Virus genome (UHGV): UHGV-0116392 | DNA: 16,211 bases | DNA from: a virus | Reading direction: 5' to 3' (one strand) | Shown: positions 7,977 to 16,211 of the stretch, piece by piece | Layout: each line of letters opens with the position of its first letter | How positions within the stretch are numbered: the stretch's first letter is position 1 | Program-made: the position numbers and the translations under genes | Notes under the pieces: generated by a model | What the model was told of the DNA's origin: nothing | The model's database searches: none | Seen by the model: the letters and a program-made list of their open reading frames with translations, nothing else

Positions 7977-9122
7977 TTAGCGAACAACGTTAATCTGTAC
8001 GTCAGCGTAATGAACCGCGCCTGCAAGTTTTATTGCAGCCTGAATCACCGGAGCCTTACGGGCTTCACGTTCTGATTGTGCCTGTTCATCCAGCGGCTGG
8101 GCGTATACGTAATAACCTTTGGGCAGTGTGTCACCTGATGACAACTGACCAAGGTCGCCCCCGTTCCATACGCCCGGAGCAATCAGTCCATTCTGAACGG
8201 CCTGATCCAGTGATTTTTCAACATTTGATAACAGTCGGGTAATACCGGCTTCAGTCTGGGGAACTTTCGTGGTGCTGGTATAAAGCAGGTTATAGAGGTT
8301 GGTCTGCACATAATTCTGTAACCAGTCCAGGCCGTGGCGTTCATCAAAGAAATCGCCGTTAGCCATCACTCCCTGCTGGAGGATAGCCGTATCATTCTGG
8401 TAGTACACGAATACATTGCAGTTTTTTGCATCAAGTGCCGATGCCTGGCTGACTGTCAGTGTTTCATACCCGACACCCGGCTCCTGCTTAAACTTGAGCG
8501 TAATCGCGGTATTACTGCCATTGAAATTAACCGTGAATACCCGGCCAAATGCAGATAACGCAGCGTATTTATTACCCGATGAATACTGAATAAAACTGCG
8601 TGAATATCCGGCGGTTTTCAGTTTTGATGCCAAATCATCGCTGGATGCAGTCTGCAGGCATTTATCATCGCTTGTCGTAATCGCCAGAATACGGCTTACA
8701 GAAGAGGATTCGATCGCCGCAGCCACTTTCAGCCAGTCTGCATCCGGAATATCTTCATCGTCTGCAATCCCCAGCCCATACCATGAAGTATAATCGAGCA
8801 TGGCATTCACAGCCTGCTCCAGCGTCTCAGGCGTGGCCTGTTCGCTGTCACCCTTCGTTTTCACCCAACGACCAACAAAAACCTCCTGAGGTTTCGGTGA
8901 TTGTGAGAAAAACACCTGCGCAGCCTTATATTCTGGTGATTCCACGCCAAAATCTTTTCCAATATCTTCCGCGGCAGAATAACGGCGAATGCGCTCACTT
9001 ACCGGAATGATTGTGGACGGGCCGAGAATGAGTAATGCACCAAAATTTCGCCCTGATGCTGCACGCGGCGACATGATCACATCAACATTAACAACGTTTG
9101 ATACAGGCAAGCCCTGTGCCAT
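7977..9122 (-). CDS. Tail sheath protein (small DUF3383-type), 381 aa
   Basis: Size and sequence character fit the short sheath family, followed by tube and chaperone genes. ATG at 9122 with GGAG at about -10, only 3 bp after the terL stop. Confidence 0.7.
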   Translation of the reverse strand: MAQGLPVSNVVNVDVIMSPRAASGRNFGALLILGPSTIIPVSERIRRYSAAEDIGKDFGVESPEYKAAQVFFSQSPKPQEVFVGRWVKTKGDSEQATPETLEQAVNAMLDYTSWYGLGIADDEDIPDADWLKVAAAIESSSVSRILAITTSDDKCLQTASSDDLASKLKTAGYSRSFIQYSSGNKYAALSAFGRVFTVNFNGSNTAITLKFKQEPGVGYETLTVSQASALDAKNCNVFVYYQNDTAILQQGVMANGDFFDERHGLDWLQNYVQTNLYNLLYTSTTKVPQTEAGITRLLSNVEKSLDQAVQNGLIAPGVWNGGDLGQLSSGDTLPKGYYVYAQPLDEQAQSEREARKAPVIQAAIKLAGAVHYADVQINVVR

Positions 9123-9125
9123 AGC

Positions 9126-10406
9126 TTAATCTCCGAAAAAGATGACTGGTGCTTCCACCAGCGATTTAATACCGTACTCGCGCACAACCTTCCGGCGCAG
9201 GCGCACCGTCATATCGTAGCGGCGGACCCATTGCTGATTAATAAATTCAGGGAAGGGGGTCAGACCTGTGTAATCGCCAAGAGACAGCCCCAGCGCATTC
9301 AGTGCTGCATTGTTCTGCGGTACAGATATACCGTCACGAAACCGGGACGCATACACCATCCCCGCCGGACCATAAAACGAAGCCATACACTCAATCGTTT
9401 CATGCCGCCAGAGCTTAGAGCCATCATCGGTCTGTCTGGTGAATGCCGGACTGTCATCACCTGACCATCCGATACCCAGTTTGATATGCGCATCAACGGC
9501 AGCCTGTACCCATTCGGATGGAATCAGGACGCCTTCCGCTGATGCGCTGTAGTTCAGATCAAGTTCCTGTGCCACCACCACCGGATTATCGATTTTCTCG
9601 CATTCCCTGCGATACCACTCTTCATCCTTGCGAGGATCATCCCGCCAGTGGAATGTGAATACCGGTATCTTCCCGCCATGACGCTTCTGAGCGAACGGGT
9701 TAGCCATGCCGTTAACTGAACTCAGGTCGATACGGCAACGCGTCGTTTGTGACAACGCCGCATCAATCAGCAGAGGACGCTGAAGGAATGCAGCCTCATC
9801 AACCAGATAAAGCGTGGTACGGTCACCACGACCAATATTATCGCCAGCCTCGCCTTTGATAACGGCACCAGTTTCAGGAAACTCAACACGCATATATGGC
9901 GCGTGCTTCTTCTCACTCCACGAACCGCGAAACTCTACAGGTAGCGTTTCCACGAACTTGCGCGCCTTCCAGAACAATGCTTTCGGGTCACCAGTGCTGT
10001 CGACGTATTCCTCTTTACGGGAGCCAAAACCGATAACCATTTCTTTGTTGAAGAGACAAAGCGAGCATGCCAGTCCGATCGCGGTCCAACTGAGCCCCAT
10101 TTCACGGGATTTTTCGGTAATACCATTCTCCCGATTGCTCCAGCGTTCCATAATCCAGTGGATCCACTCCTCCTGCTTAGGGAAGAGTAAAAACGGAATG
10201 GTCACCGGCAGGCCATAATCAATATTACGCGGGTCCGTTGTCATGCCCCAGTCGATGATGAACTGAGCCGGATTGGTTCGGTAAAACTGTTTTAGTGCAG
10301 GCAATATTTCAGGATTCTGGCGAATGCGCTGTAGGCGTTCCATCCGCCATTCAAAAACCATCTGGTAATCAGGATGTTTAAAATCGAAGGGGAATGGTAA
10401 CGGCAT
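9126..10406 (-). CDS. Terminase large subunit, 426 aa
   Basis: Deviant P-loop KSREMGLS (lambda gpA-like KSxxxGxS pattern) around residues 95-105 and Walker [10 protein letters not shown] around residue 200, followed by a C-terminal domain of nuclease-domain size. Lies 2 bp downstream of terS. Confidence 0.8.
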   Translation of the reverse strand: MPLPFPFDFKHPDYQMVFEWRMERLQRIRQNPEILPALKQFYRTNPAQFIIDWGMTTDPRNIDYGLPVTIPFLLFPKQEEWIHWIMERWSNRENGITEKSREMGLSWTAIGLACSLCLFNKEMVIGFGSRKEEYVDSTGDPKALFWKARKFVETLPVEFRGSWSEKKHAPYMRVEFPETGAVIKGEAGDNIGRGDRTTLYLVDEAAFLQRPLLIDAALSQTTRCRIDLSSVNGMANPFAQKRHGGKIPVFTFHWRDDPRKDEEWYRRECEKIDNPVVVAQELDLNYSASAEGVLIPSEWVQAAVDAHIKLGIGWSGDDSPAFTRQTDDGSKLWRHETIECMASFYGPAGMVYASRFRDGISVPQNNAALNALGLSLGDYTGLTPFPEFINQQWVRRYDMTVRLRRKVVREYGIKSLVEAPVIFFGD

Positions 10407-10408
10407 AC

Positions 10409-10960
10409 TTAGCCCATCATTTTTCTATACGCTTCTGCAACCTGCTCCGGCGTTAAGTTGGTAATTTCTGTTCTGACTGGTCCTCCGTCAGCACCAGTCA
10501 CTTCATTTTTGACATTGTCTTTAAACGCCTGAACAGAAACATGACGCCCGAGCAACTCAAGGTTTTTAACCTTATCAGGCCATTTGATTTTCTTCAGAAG
10601 TGCGGCGCTATCTGCGGATGCCATCTCCACGACATCCATTCCTGATAACGTTGTGCGCCATACCTTAGGCCAGTCTTTAATGGGTTTTAGCTCACCGTTT
10701 TGCAGGAGAATGTCAAGCACATCCATCTGGTCGATTTCAATAAGGCGATTAAGTACATATTCTGCATTAATACCAACAAGATCATTGCGTTGCGCTTTCA
10801 GTTCGGCGATTCTTAACTTGATGTCAGGTTTTGACAGGTTTTCGGATGCGGTACGGTTGGCTGTTTTTGCGCTGTACCCCGCCCGAATAGCCGCTTGCGT
10901 GGCGTTTAAATCGATGAGGTACTCGCGACAGAACATCTCTTGCTTGTCTGTGAGTGCCAT
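10409..10960 (-). CDS. Terminase small subunit (Terminase_2/P27-type), 183 aa
   Basis: N-terminus [30 protein letters not shown] is the characteristic HTH start of this family. Immediately upstream of terL. Confidence 0.85.
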   Translation of the reverse strand: MALTDKQEMFCREYLIDLNATQAAIRAGYSAKTANRTASENLSKPDIKLRIAELKAQRNDLVGINAEYVLNRLIEIDQMDVLDILLQNGELKPIKDWPKVWRTTLSGMDVVEMASADSAALLKKIKWPDKVKNLELLGRHVSVQAFKDNVKNEVTGADGGPVRTEITNLTPEQVAEAYRKMMG

Positions 10961-10980
10961 TTTTTCTCAAAGGTGAATTT

Positions 10981-11412
10981 ATGAGCTCATTAACGTTTAT
11001 CGGATTGTCACAGTTACTTTCTAGGAAAGGTGAGTTATTACAGCAAAATACGAATGATTTATTAGAACGTGTTAACACCGCATGGAATAACAAACGAGAC
11101 CTTAATAAGCAAATTTCCATAGAGCTAAATGATGGAGAGCTTGAGGTTTCAATTCCACAGCTACGCTTTAAGTGTTTTACAGAAAGTAAGCTTTCACTTC
11201 ACGAAGGCTCATTAATTGGGGTTATTACTTTTTACACATCGCGAGATGGAAAAAAACAGGAGTTTCATAAAATTTTTCTTGATTGGAACAATTGCATGCA
11301 TTTTGGGGCGCTTGACTCAACAGCTCCAATAGACATCGACTATACCGAAGATGTTGAGTATCTCTTTATGAACGCTCTAATCGATTCTGCTTATCGAAAT
11401 AATTTAATCTAA
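10981..11412 (+). CDS. Hypothetical protein, ~143 aa; AT-rich orphan gene divergent from terS
   Basis: The only convincing plus-strand gene. ATG at 10981 is preceded by AAGGTGA; the track's start at 10954 is an upstream GTG. GC is visibly much lower than the rest of the window. No family recognised. Confidence 0.6.
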   Translation: MSSLTFIGLSQLLSRKGELLQQNTNDLLERVNTAWNNKRDLNKQISIELNDGELEVSIPQLRFKCFTESKLSLHEGSLIGVITFYTSRDGKKQEFHKIFLDWNNCMHFGALDSTAPIDIDYTEDVEYLFMNALIDSAYRNNLI

Positions 11413-11759
11413 TTGATGTTGGTGGTGAACTTTTGCCACCCAGTTAATCACTCTTAGCAGGATATAAGCCATTGTCGAGACCACTCATTGAATGGTCTCT
11501 GCAATAACCGATGTCTTTCCATCAGTCCGCCACCACAAAGAATCTTTTTTGCCATAAGGCAGGAGGTTCATCTTTCAGTGGCTGCCAGTGTTACTTCCCC
11601 ACTTTCTGGCTTGGGTTGTTTCGCTGTACTGCCGTAACTGGTGGTGCACAGATTTAGTTAAATCTGTTCTCGCCTGAACTATCTTTTACATACCCGGATT
11701 GTGGGGATGTAAATCACGGTTTCATTATCAAGCCCACCCGTAGATGGGCTTTGGAATGG

Positions 11760-12278
11760 TCACTTTGGCAGTCCGGGGATCGATATTTGCGCCTGCTGCT
11801 CAAGCCTTTCGATTCTTGCTATGAGTTGAGGTTTTTTGATCCTGCCCCAGCGGTTCAGCAAGCGTCCTGACATACTGGCAACATCCTTTTCCTTCATGAA
11901 CTCCAGCATTAACTCGTTGTGCTCTCTTTGGTATGAGTGAGCCATCTCCATCAGTCTGTCACGCATCCAATTAAATGCTTTGATAAACGCCTCTTTGATG
12001 GCGGCAGCTTTTTTGCCGGTAAACGACATGATGATGTACATCGCACCGTCTTTGGAAATTTCATATTCAACATACTGATTACCCTTGTGTTCATAGGTAA
12101 CCCGCGAAAAGTTGCTGGTTAGAAATTCATCCGAACAGTCTAGCTTTTCGATTTTCTGAATGATGTGGTGATGCTGCTTGTCGAAGTAAGCTGCTACCTT
12201 GCGGGAGGTTGTGATCACGCGATCACCAGAAACAACCACCATGTCCCGGAAATCGAGATTAGCCAATTGATGATTCAT
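11760..12278 (-). CDS. rha: Rha-family phage regulatory protein, ~172 aa
   Basis: N-terminal region MNHQLANLDFRDMVVVSGDRVITTSRKVAAYFDKQHHHIIQKI matches the Rha family pattern. Its position between lysis cassette and terS is as in P22. The track starts at a GTG at 12314; ATG at 12278 is preferred. Confidence 0.75.
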   Translation of the reverse strand: MNHQLANLDFRDMVVVSGDRVITTSRKVAAYFDKQHHHIIQKIEKLDCSDEFLTSNFSRVTYEHKGNQYVEYEISKDGAMYIIMSFTGKKAAAIKEAFIKAFNWMRDRLMEMAHSYQREHNELMLEFMKEKDVASMSGRLLNRWGRIKKPQLIARIERLEQQAQISIPGLPK

Positions 12279-12389
12279 AGCGTCTTTACCTTTTAGAAAG
12301 TGAGCCTGTCTCACAGAAAAGCCGCCCCGAGATGGTCGCCACCATATACGGCAGTTCTCAGGCTCAACTTTCTGAAAGGCTCGGGTGAT

Positions 12390-12418
12390 GTAATATGCGC
12401 GTGAGATGCGCTGTGAAA
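12390..12418 (-). promoter_or_regulatory. Candidate sigma70 promoter for rha
   Basis: Minus-strand TTCACA (-35, 5/6 consensus), a 16-17 nt spacer, then TATTAC (-10), located between the post-Rz terminator and rha. Confidence 0.3.
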
Positions 12419-12426
12419 TTCAGATG

Positions 12427-12450
12427 TAAAAAATCCCCGCATCGCGAGGC
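12427..12450 (-). terminator. Rho-independent terminator downstream of Rz
   Basis: Minus strand reads cctcgcg-atg-cgggg followed by ATTTTTT (plus strand aaaaaatccccgcatcgcgagg). Confidence 0.55.
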
Positions 12451-12482
12451 TCATTAAATGGACTTTGTGATTTGCAAAAAAA

Positions 12483-12920
12483 TTATTTCAGGCACTGAGT
12501 CCTGATGTACTCCTGCAGGTAGTTAACCTGCGCGGTTATCCTGTCGATTCCGCTTCGTAGACGGTAATAATTGAGTTCAGCATCTGCTGTAAGTCTTGGG
12601 CTTTCTCCATCGCCCATGCTGCTGGCTCCGGTCGTTGACTTTGCACAGGTGGCGGCGACTTGCAGGCGCTTACGCCCAGCAGAAACATCAGCACGGAGAC
12701 TTTCGATAGTCGCGTTAGCATCAGCAAGCTCCTTTGTGTATCTGGCGTCGAGTTCTGCTATATCACGTTGACGCTTCTGCATGTCAGCGATGATGGATGC
12801 GGCTTTGTCGCGCTGCTCTTTGTAGGCGATGGCGTTATCACGGTAATGATTAACAGCCCATAACAGGCAGACGATGATGCAGATAACCAGAGCGGAAATA
12901 ATCGCGGTTACTCTGCTCAT
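12483..12920 (-). CDS. Rz: Rz i-spanin, 145 aa
   Basis: [40 protein letters not shown] matches lambda Rz: N-terminal TM anchor then coiled-coil periplasmic domain. ATGA overlap with R. Confidence 0.9.
   Translation of the reverse strand: MSRVTAIISALVICIIVCLLWAVNHYRDNAIAYKEQRDKAASIIADMQKRQRDIAELDARYTKELADANATIESLRADVSAGRKRLQVAATCAKSTTGASSMGDGESPRLTADAELNYYRLRSGIDRITAQVNYLQEYIRTQCLK
12536..12727 (-). CDS. Rz1: Rz1 o-spanin lipoprotein embedded in Rz (+1 frame), ~63 aa
   Basis: ORF wholly inside Rz in another frame. It has a signal peptide with lipobox (LLGVSAC) and a Pro-rich mature region ([16 protein letters not shown]), the architecture of lambda Rz1. Confidence 0.8.
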   Translation of the reverse strand: MLMLTRLSKVSVLMFLLGVSACKSPPPVQSQRPEPAAWAMEKAQDLQQMLNSIITVYEAESTG

Positions 12921-13393
12921 ACCTCAATCTCTCTGACCGTTCCGCCTGCTTCTTTGAATTTTGCAATCAGGCTGTCAACTTTATGCTCGAACTGACCATA
13001 ACCAGCGCCCGGCAGTGAAGCCCATATATTGCTGCAACGATCGATAGCCTGACGGATATCACCGCGATCAATCATCGGCAAAGCGCCACGCTCCTTAATC
13101 TGCTGCAATGCCACAGCGTCCTGGCTTTTCGGAGAGAAATCTTTCAGGCCAAGCTGCTTACGATAGGCATCCCACCAACGGGAAAGAAGCTGGTAACGGC
13201 CTGCAGCTGTTGATTTGAGTTTGGGGTTTAGCGTGACAAGTTTGCGAGGGTGATCTGAGTAATCAGTGAATAGCTCTCCGCCAACAATGACGTCATAACC
13301 ATGATTTCTGGTTTTCTGACGTCCGTTATCAGTTCCCTCTGACCACGCCAGCATATCGAGGAACGCCTTACGTTGATTATTGATTTCCACCAT
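12917..13393 (-). CDS. R: Endolysin R (lambda-type lytic transglycosylase), 158 aa
   Basis: [39 protein letters not shown] matches lambda R with only a few substitutions; 17-nt overlap with S as in lambda. Confidence 0.95.
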   Translation of the reverse strand: MVEINNQRKAFLDMLAWSEGTDNGRQKTRNHGYDVIVGGELFTDYSDHPRKLVTLNPKLKSTAAGRYQLLSRWWDAYRKQLGLKDFSPKSQDAVALQQIKERGALPMIDRGDIRQAIDRCSNIWASLPGAGYGQFEHKVDSLIAKFKEAGGTVREIEV

Positions 13394-13700
13394 CTTCTAC
13401 TCCGGCTTTTTTAGCAGCGAAGCGTTTGATAAGCGAACCAATCGAGTCAGTACCGATGTAGCCGATGAACACGCTCGTTATATAAGCGAGATTGCTACTT
13501 AGTCCGGCGAAGTCGAGAAGGTCACGAATGAACCAGGCGATAATGGCGCACATCGTTGCGTCGATTACTGTTTTTGTAAACGCACCGCCATTATATCTGC
13601 CGCGAAGGTACGCCATTGCAAACGCAAGGATTGCCCCGATGCCTTGTTCCTTTGCCGCGAGAATGGCGGCTAACAGGTCATGTTTTTCTGGCATCTTCAT
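13377..13700 (-). CDS. S: Holin S (class I), 107 aa, with dual-start motif
   Basis: [39 protein letters not shown] matches lambda S; Met1-Lys2-Met3 at 13700/13694 is the S107/S105 dual start. Confidence 0.95.
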   Translation of the reverse strand: MKMPEKHDLLAAILAAKEQGIGAILAFAMAYLRGRYNGGAFTKTVIDATMCAIIAWFIRDLLDFAGLSSNLAYITSVFIGYIGTDSIGSLIKRFAAKKAGVEDGGNQ

Positions 13701-14230
13701 GTCTTACCCCCAATAAGGGGATTTGCTCTATTTAATTAGGAATAAGGTCGATTACTGATAGAACAAATCCAGGCTACTGTGTTTAGTAATCAGATTTGTT
13801 CGTGACCGATATGCACGGGCAAAACGGCATGAGGTTGTTAGCGCGACCTCCTGCCACCCGCTTTCACGAAGATCATGTGTAGAAGGCCGCAGCATAACTA
13901 TCACTGATGAATTCAGGATAGCCAGTGGCTACGGCTCAGTTTGGGTTGTGCTGTTGCTGGGCGGCGATGACGCCTGTACGCATTTGGTGATCCGGTTCTG
14001 CTTCCGGCATTCGCTTAATTCAGCACAACGGAAAGAGCATTTATGGCTCGCATCGCGGGAAAAAGCCCACGGTAGAGAGTCGAACTCTACAAATACTCTT
14101 ACCTGTTGTGCGCTCCGTTTCGTGGAGCTAACGGCGACGCTAGTACCGGTCTATGCGTCGCACCCTTGAGGGATTTACTAAGGCGACATGCCCGTTGTTA
14201 CCCACTCAATTGGACCCTCCCCGTCGCCAT

Positions 14231-14258
14231 CTGGGTCTAGTCAGGAATCGAACCTGCC
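14231..14258 (-). other. tRNA-like 3' fragment (T-arm plus acceptor-like tail), not a complete tRNA
   Basis: Minus strand reads cAGGTTCGATTCCTgactagaccca, i.e. the conserved GGTTCGATTCC T-arm followed by an acceptor-like tail. No matching 5' acceptor or D-arm within ~90 nt; the only partial complement (gggtctt) is 108 nt upstream. Confidence 0.35.
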
Positions 14259-14532
14259 GAGGGTACATTTGAATGGGTGCCCATTATTAATCACACCGGG
14301 CCAGTGCGCCGAATTTGGTAGCTGGGAGTCGGAAGACCCAGTGATTTTGGTTTCTTAGGCCGCCATCAACATCAAATCATCGTTTGCATTTATCTTTGTG
14401 GTCAGTTTCTAAAAACCCGCAAAGTCGCCAACTCTGACGAAAACTATCGTTGTGCTGCCACAACGATAAGAGCACTCGGTGCATTTAAGCCAAGCCCCAT
14501 AAGGGAGAATGCTCTTACCTGTTGTGCAAACG

Positions 14533-14564
14533 CAAAAAGCCCCGAGCTATTAACTCAGGGCTTT
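14533..14564 (-). terminator. tR'-like rho-independent terminator downstream of pR'
   Basis: Minus strand reads aaagccctgag-ttaatag-ctcggggcttttt, a roughly 10-bp stem with one G:U-type mismatch plus a U-tract, about 30-60 nt downstream of the pR' -10. Confidence 0.7.
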
Positions 14565-14597
14565 ATTTAACGAGTGCATTTATCCATCGTTGGGTCA

Positions 14598-14626
14598 AAT
14601 TTACCCAACTTTATTCAAAAAGTCAA
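14598..14626 (-). promoter_or_regulatory. Late promoter pR' (Q-dependent antitermination/qut region)
   Basis: Minus strand TTGACT (-35, plus 14621-14626), 17-nt spacer ttttgaataaagttggg, then TAAATT (-10, plus 14598-14603). This is near-identical to the lambda pR' sequence as I recall it and lies directly downstream of Q. Confidence 0.85.
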
Positions 14627-14668
14627 TATCATGCCGTTAATATGTTGCCATTCGTGGCAATCATGCTG

Positions 14669-15292
14669 CTAACGTGTGACCGCATTCAAAATGTTGTCTG
14701 CGATTGACTCTTCTTTGTGGCATTGCACCACCAGAGCGTCATACAGCGGCTTAACAGTGCGTGACCAGGTGGGTTGAGTAAGGTTTGGGATTAGCATCGT
14801 TACAGCGCGATATGCGGCGCTTGCTGGCATTCTTGAATAGCCGACACCTTTGCATCTTCCGCACTCTTTCTCAACAACTCTCCCCCACTGCTCCGTTTTG
14901 GCTATATCAACCGCACGGCCTGTACCGTGGCAATCTCTGCATCTTGCGCCCGGCGTCGCGGCACTACGGCAATAATCCGCATAAGCGAATGTTGCGAGCA
15001 CTTGCAGTACCTTTGCCTTAGTATTTCCTTCAAGCTTTGCCACACCACGGTATTTCCCCGATACCTTGTGTGCAAATTGCATCAGATAGTTGATAGCCTT
15101 TTGTTTGTCGTTCTGGCTGAGTTCGTGCTTACCACAGAATGCAGCCATTCCGAATCCGGCTTGTGATTGCGCCATCCCCATAGCAGCCATCACATCAGTA
15201 CCGGAAAGAGAGTCAGAAGCCGTGGCCCGTGGTGAGTCACTCATCATCGGGCTTTTTGGCGAATGAAATTTAGCTACGCTTTCGAGTCTCAT
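14669..15292 (-). CDS. Q: Late antiterminator Q, 207 aa
   Basis: [44 protein letters not shown] matches lambda Q. ATGA overlap with ninI. Confidence 0.95.
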   Translation of the reverse strand: MRLESVAKFHSPKSPMMSDSPRATASDSLSGTDVMAAMGMAQSQAGFGMAAFCGKHELSQNDKQKAINYLMQFAHKVSGKYRGVAKLEGNTKAKVLQVLATFAYADYCRSAATPGARCRDCHGTGRAVDIAKTEQWGRVVEKECGRCKGVGYSRMPASAAYRAVTMLIPNLTQPTWSRTVKPLYDALVVQCHKEESIADNILNAVTR

Positions 15293-15954
15293 GCGCCTTC
15301 TCCCTGTACCTGAATCAATGTGAGGTTTCCGCAGAACACTGCGCCGGTATCGATATACATCTGGTTGGCAAATTTGAGTGGTTTCACTGCTGGCGTATGA
15401 CCAAAGATGAACGTGTCCGCGCCTTTGATTTCTTTCACGATCCCGTCTTGTGAGTTGCTGATTCGTTCGCGGTTCCAGATTACCTGCTGATGATCAACTG
15501 GCTTTCCAAACTCGTATTCGTCACAAGGATAATCGGCGTGGCAGATGACATATTTTTTTCCTTTACTCACCAGTTCGATGATTAACGGAAGTTCATCTGC
15601 TTTATGGGAAAGAGCTTTAGCCAGAATTTCTTTGTCGTAATCGAGATTAAAGAACCAGCCACCGCCATTAAGTAGCCAGTGATTGACGTTTCCACGCTCT
15701 GATAAGCCATCAATCATCATTTGCTCATGGTTTCCACGTACAGCTCTGAACCAGGGGAATGTGATTAATTCCAGGCATTCGACGTTCTCTGCACCGCGAT
15801 CGACCAAATCGCCAACCGAGATAAGCAGGTCTTTTTGGGTGTCGAATCCTATCGTCTCCAGTTTTTTCATCAGGTTCGTGTAGCATCCGTGCAGATCGCC
15901 AACTACCAAAATATTTCGGTATTTGCTGCCATCAATTCTTTCGTAATAGCGCAT
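15289..15954 (-). CDS. ninI: Ser/Thr protein phosphatase (lambda PPase, NinI), 221 aa
   Basis: From [28 protein letters not shown] the protein carries the metallophosphatase motifs GDLHG, GDLVDRG and GNHE and matches lambda NinI. The track's start at 16029 is an upstream ATG that would overlap ninH by about 100 nt; 15954 is preferred. Confidence 0.9.
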   Translation of the reverse strand: MRYYERIDGSKYRNILVVGDLHGCYTNLMKKLETIGFDTQKDLLISVGDLVDRGAENVECLELITFPWFRAVRGNHEQMMIDGLSERGNVNHWLLNGGGWFFNLDYDKEILAKALSHKADELPLIIELVSKGKKYVICHADYPCDEYEFGKPVDHQQVIWNRERISNSQDGIVKEIKGADTFIFGHTPAVKPLKFANQMYIDTGAVFCGNLTLIQVQGEGA

Positions 15955-16138
15955 CTCTTTCACTCCATCCGCGATGAACCATGAGAACGTCGTTGACGAT
16001 GGCGTGCATTTTCCCGTCTTTATCATCAACGTATTTTCTGACCGTACCGCGACTACATTTCAGTCTGCGTGCTACTTCTGTCTGGTTTCCGTATGCTTCA
16101 ACAAGCATGTCTGGAATGGTTTTTACTGAGAACGTCAT
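15932..16138 (-). CDS. ninH: NinH, 68 aa
   Basis: [37 protein letters not shown] matches lambda NinH; GAGG Shine-Dalgarno upstream. Confidence 0.9.
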   Translation of the reverse strand: MTFSVKTIPDMLVEAYGNQTEVARRLKCSRGTVRKYVDDKDGKMHAIVNDVLMVHRGWSERDALLRKN

Positions 16139-16211
16139 GCGGCCTCACTTCTGCTATTTCGCAGGTCTTTGAGTTTCTGCTGATACTCCGCCTTGATGGC
16201 CCTGCACTCTT
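16135..16211 (-). CDS. ninG: 3' end of ninG-like gene (partial, runs off the window)
   Basis: The minus-strand frame ending ...[24 protein letters not shown] is open to the window edge, and its TGA overlaps the ninH ATG (ATGA). Assignment is by synteny with the lambda nin region. Confidence 0.55.
   Translation of the reverse strand, partial: ECRAIKAEYQQKLKDLRNSRSEAA

Noticed and set aside
10824-11120. Minus-strand 98-aa ORF spanning the terS start and the 5' end of the AT-rich plus-strand gene.
   Set aside because: It runs antisense through the Shine-Dalgarno and start of a better-supported gene and overlaps the terS start; no ribosome-binding site.
11550-11631. AGGAGG followed 11 nt later by a GTG-initiated 20-codon ORF in the rha/orphan intergenic region.
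   Set aside because: Spacing from the Shine-Dalgarno is too long, the start is non-ATG and the ORF is very short. Left as part of the structured-region finding only.
14041-14112. Second T-arm-like hairpin (gtagag-ttcgact-ctctac) followed by cgtgggcttttt, as a tRNA or terminator.
   Set aside because: No 5' acceptor partner. The segment sits in a stretch that appears collinear with lambda's non-coding Q-S region and is the loop of a large inverted repeat.
14231-14340. A complete tRNA gene on the minus strand ending at the T-arm motif.
   Set aside because: The only acceptor-complementary 5' segment gives a 108-nt molecule with no D-arm or anticodon arm. Only a 3' tRNA-like fragment is supported.
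14522-14707. Plus-strand 61-aa ORF across pR' and the Q 3' end.
   Set aside because: It overlaps the well-defined promoter and terminator antisense to Q and has no ribosome-binding site; chance ORF in AT-rich regulatory DNA.
15289-16029. Longer 246-aa version of ninI starting at the upstream ATG (MMIKTG...).
   Set aside because: It would overlap ninH by about 100 nt. The internal ATG at 15954 has its own Shine-Dalgarno and gives the 221-aa length and MRYYE start of lambda NinI.
1-16211. CRISPR arrays, IS elements, integrase or attachment sites, and a lambda-type cosN 12-mer.
   Set aside because: No regularly spaced direct repeats, no transposase- or integrase-like ORFs and no gggcggcgacct-like sequence found by eye. 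The window appears to lie wholly inside the prophage late region.

Overview
This window reads as the late region of a lambdoid prophage from an enterobacterial host, transcribed almost entirely on the minus strand (high to low coordinates). The order is ninG' - ninH - ninI - Q - pR'/tR' - S - R - Rz/Rz1 - rha - terS - terL - sheath - tube - tail chaperone (with a -1 frameshift extension) - tape measure - baseplate genes. The regulatory and lysis genes match phage lambda proteins as I recall them, almost residue for residue; the morphogenesis module is instead a contractile-tail (myovirus-type) cluster. No portal, protease, scaffold or capsid gene lies between terL and the sheath gene. Three lower-GC insertions interrupt the backbone: a two-gene cassette with its own terminator inside the baseplate cluster (1307-2466), a small secreted protein coupled to the hub gene (2616-2948), and a very AT-rich plus-strand ORF divergent from terS (10981-11412). 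The Q-S intergenic region carries an extra ~400 bp relative to my recollection of lambda, with a tRNA-like 3' fragment. All calls rest on reading the sequence and recalled protein families; no database search was run.
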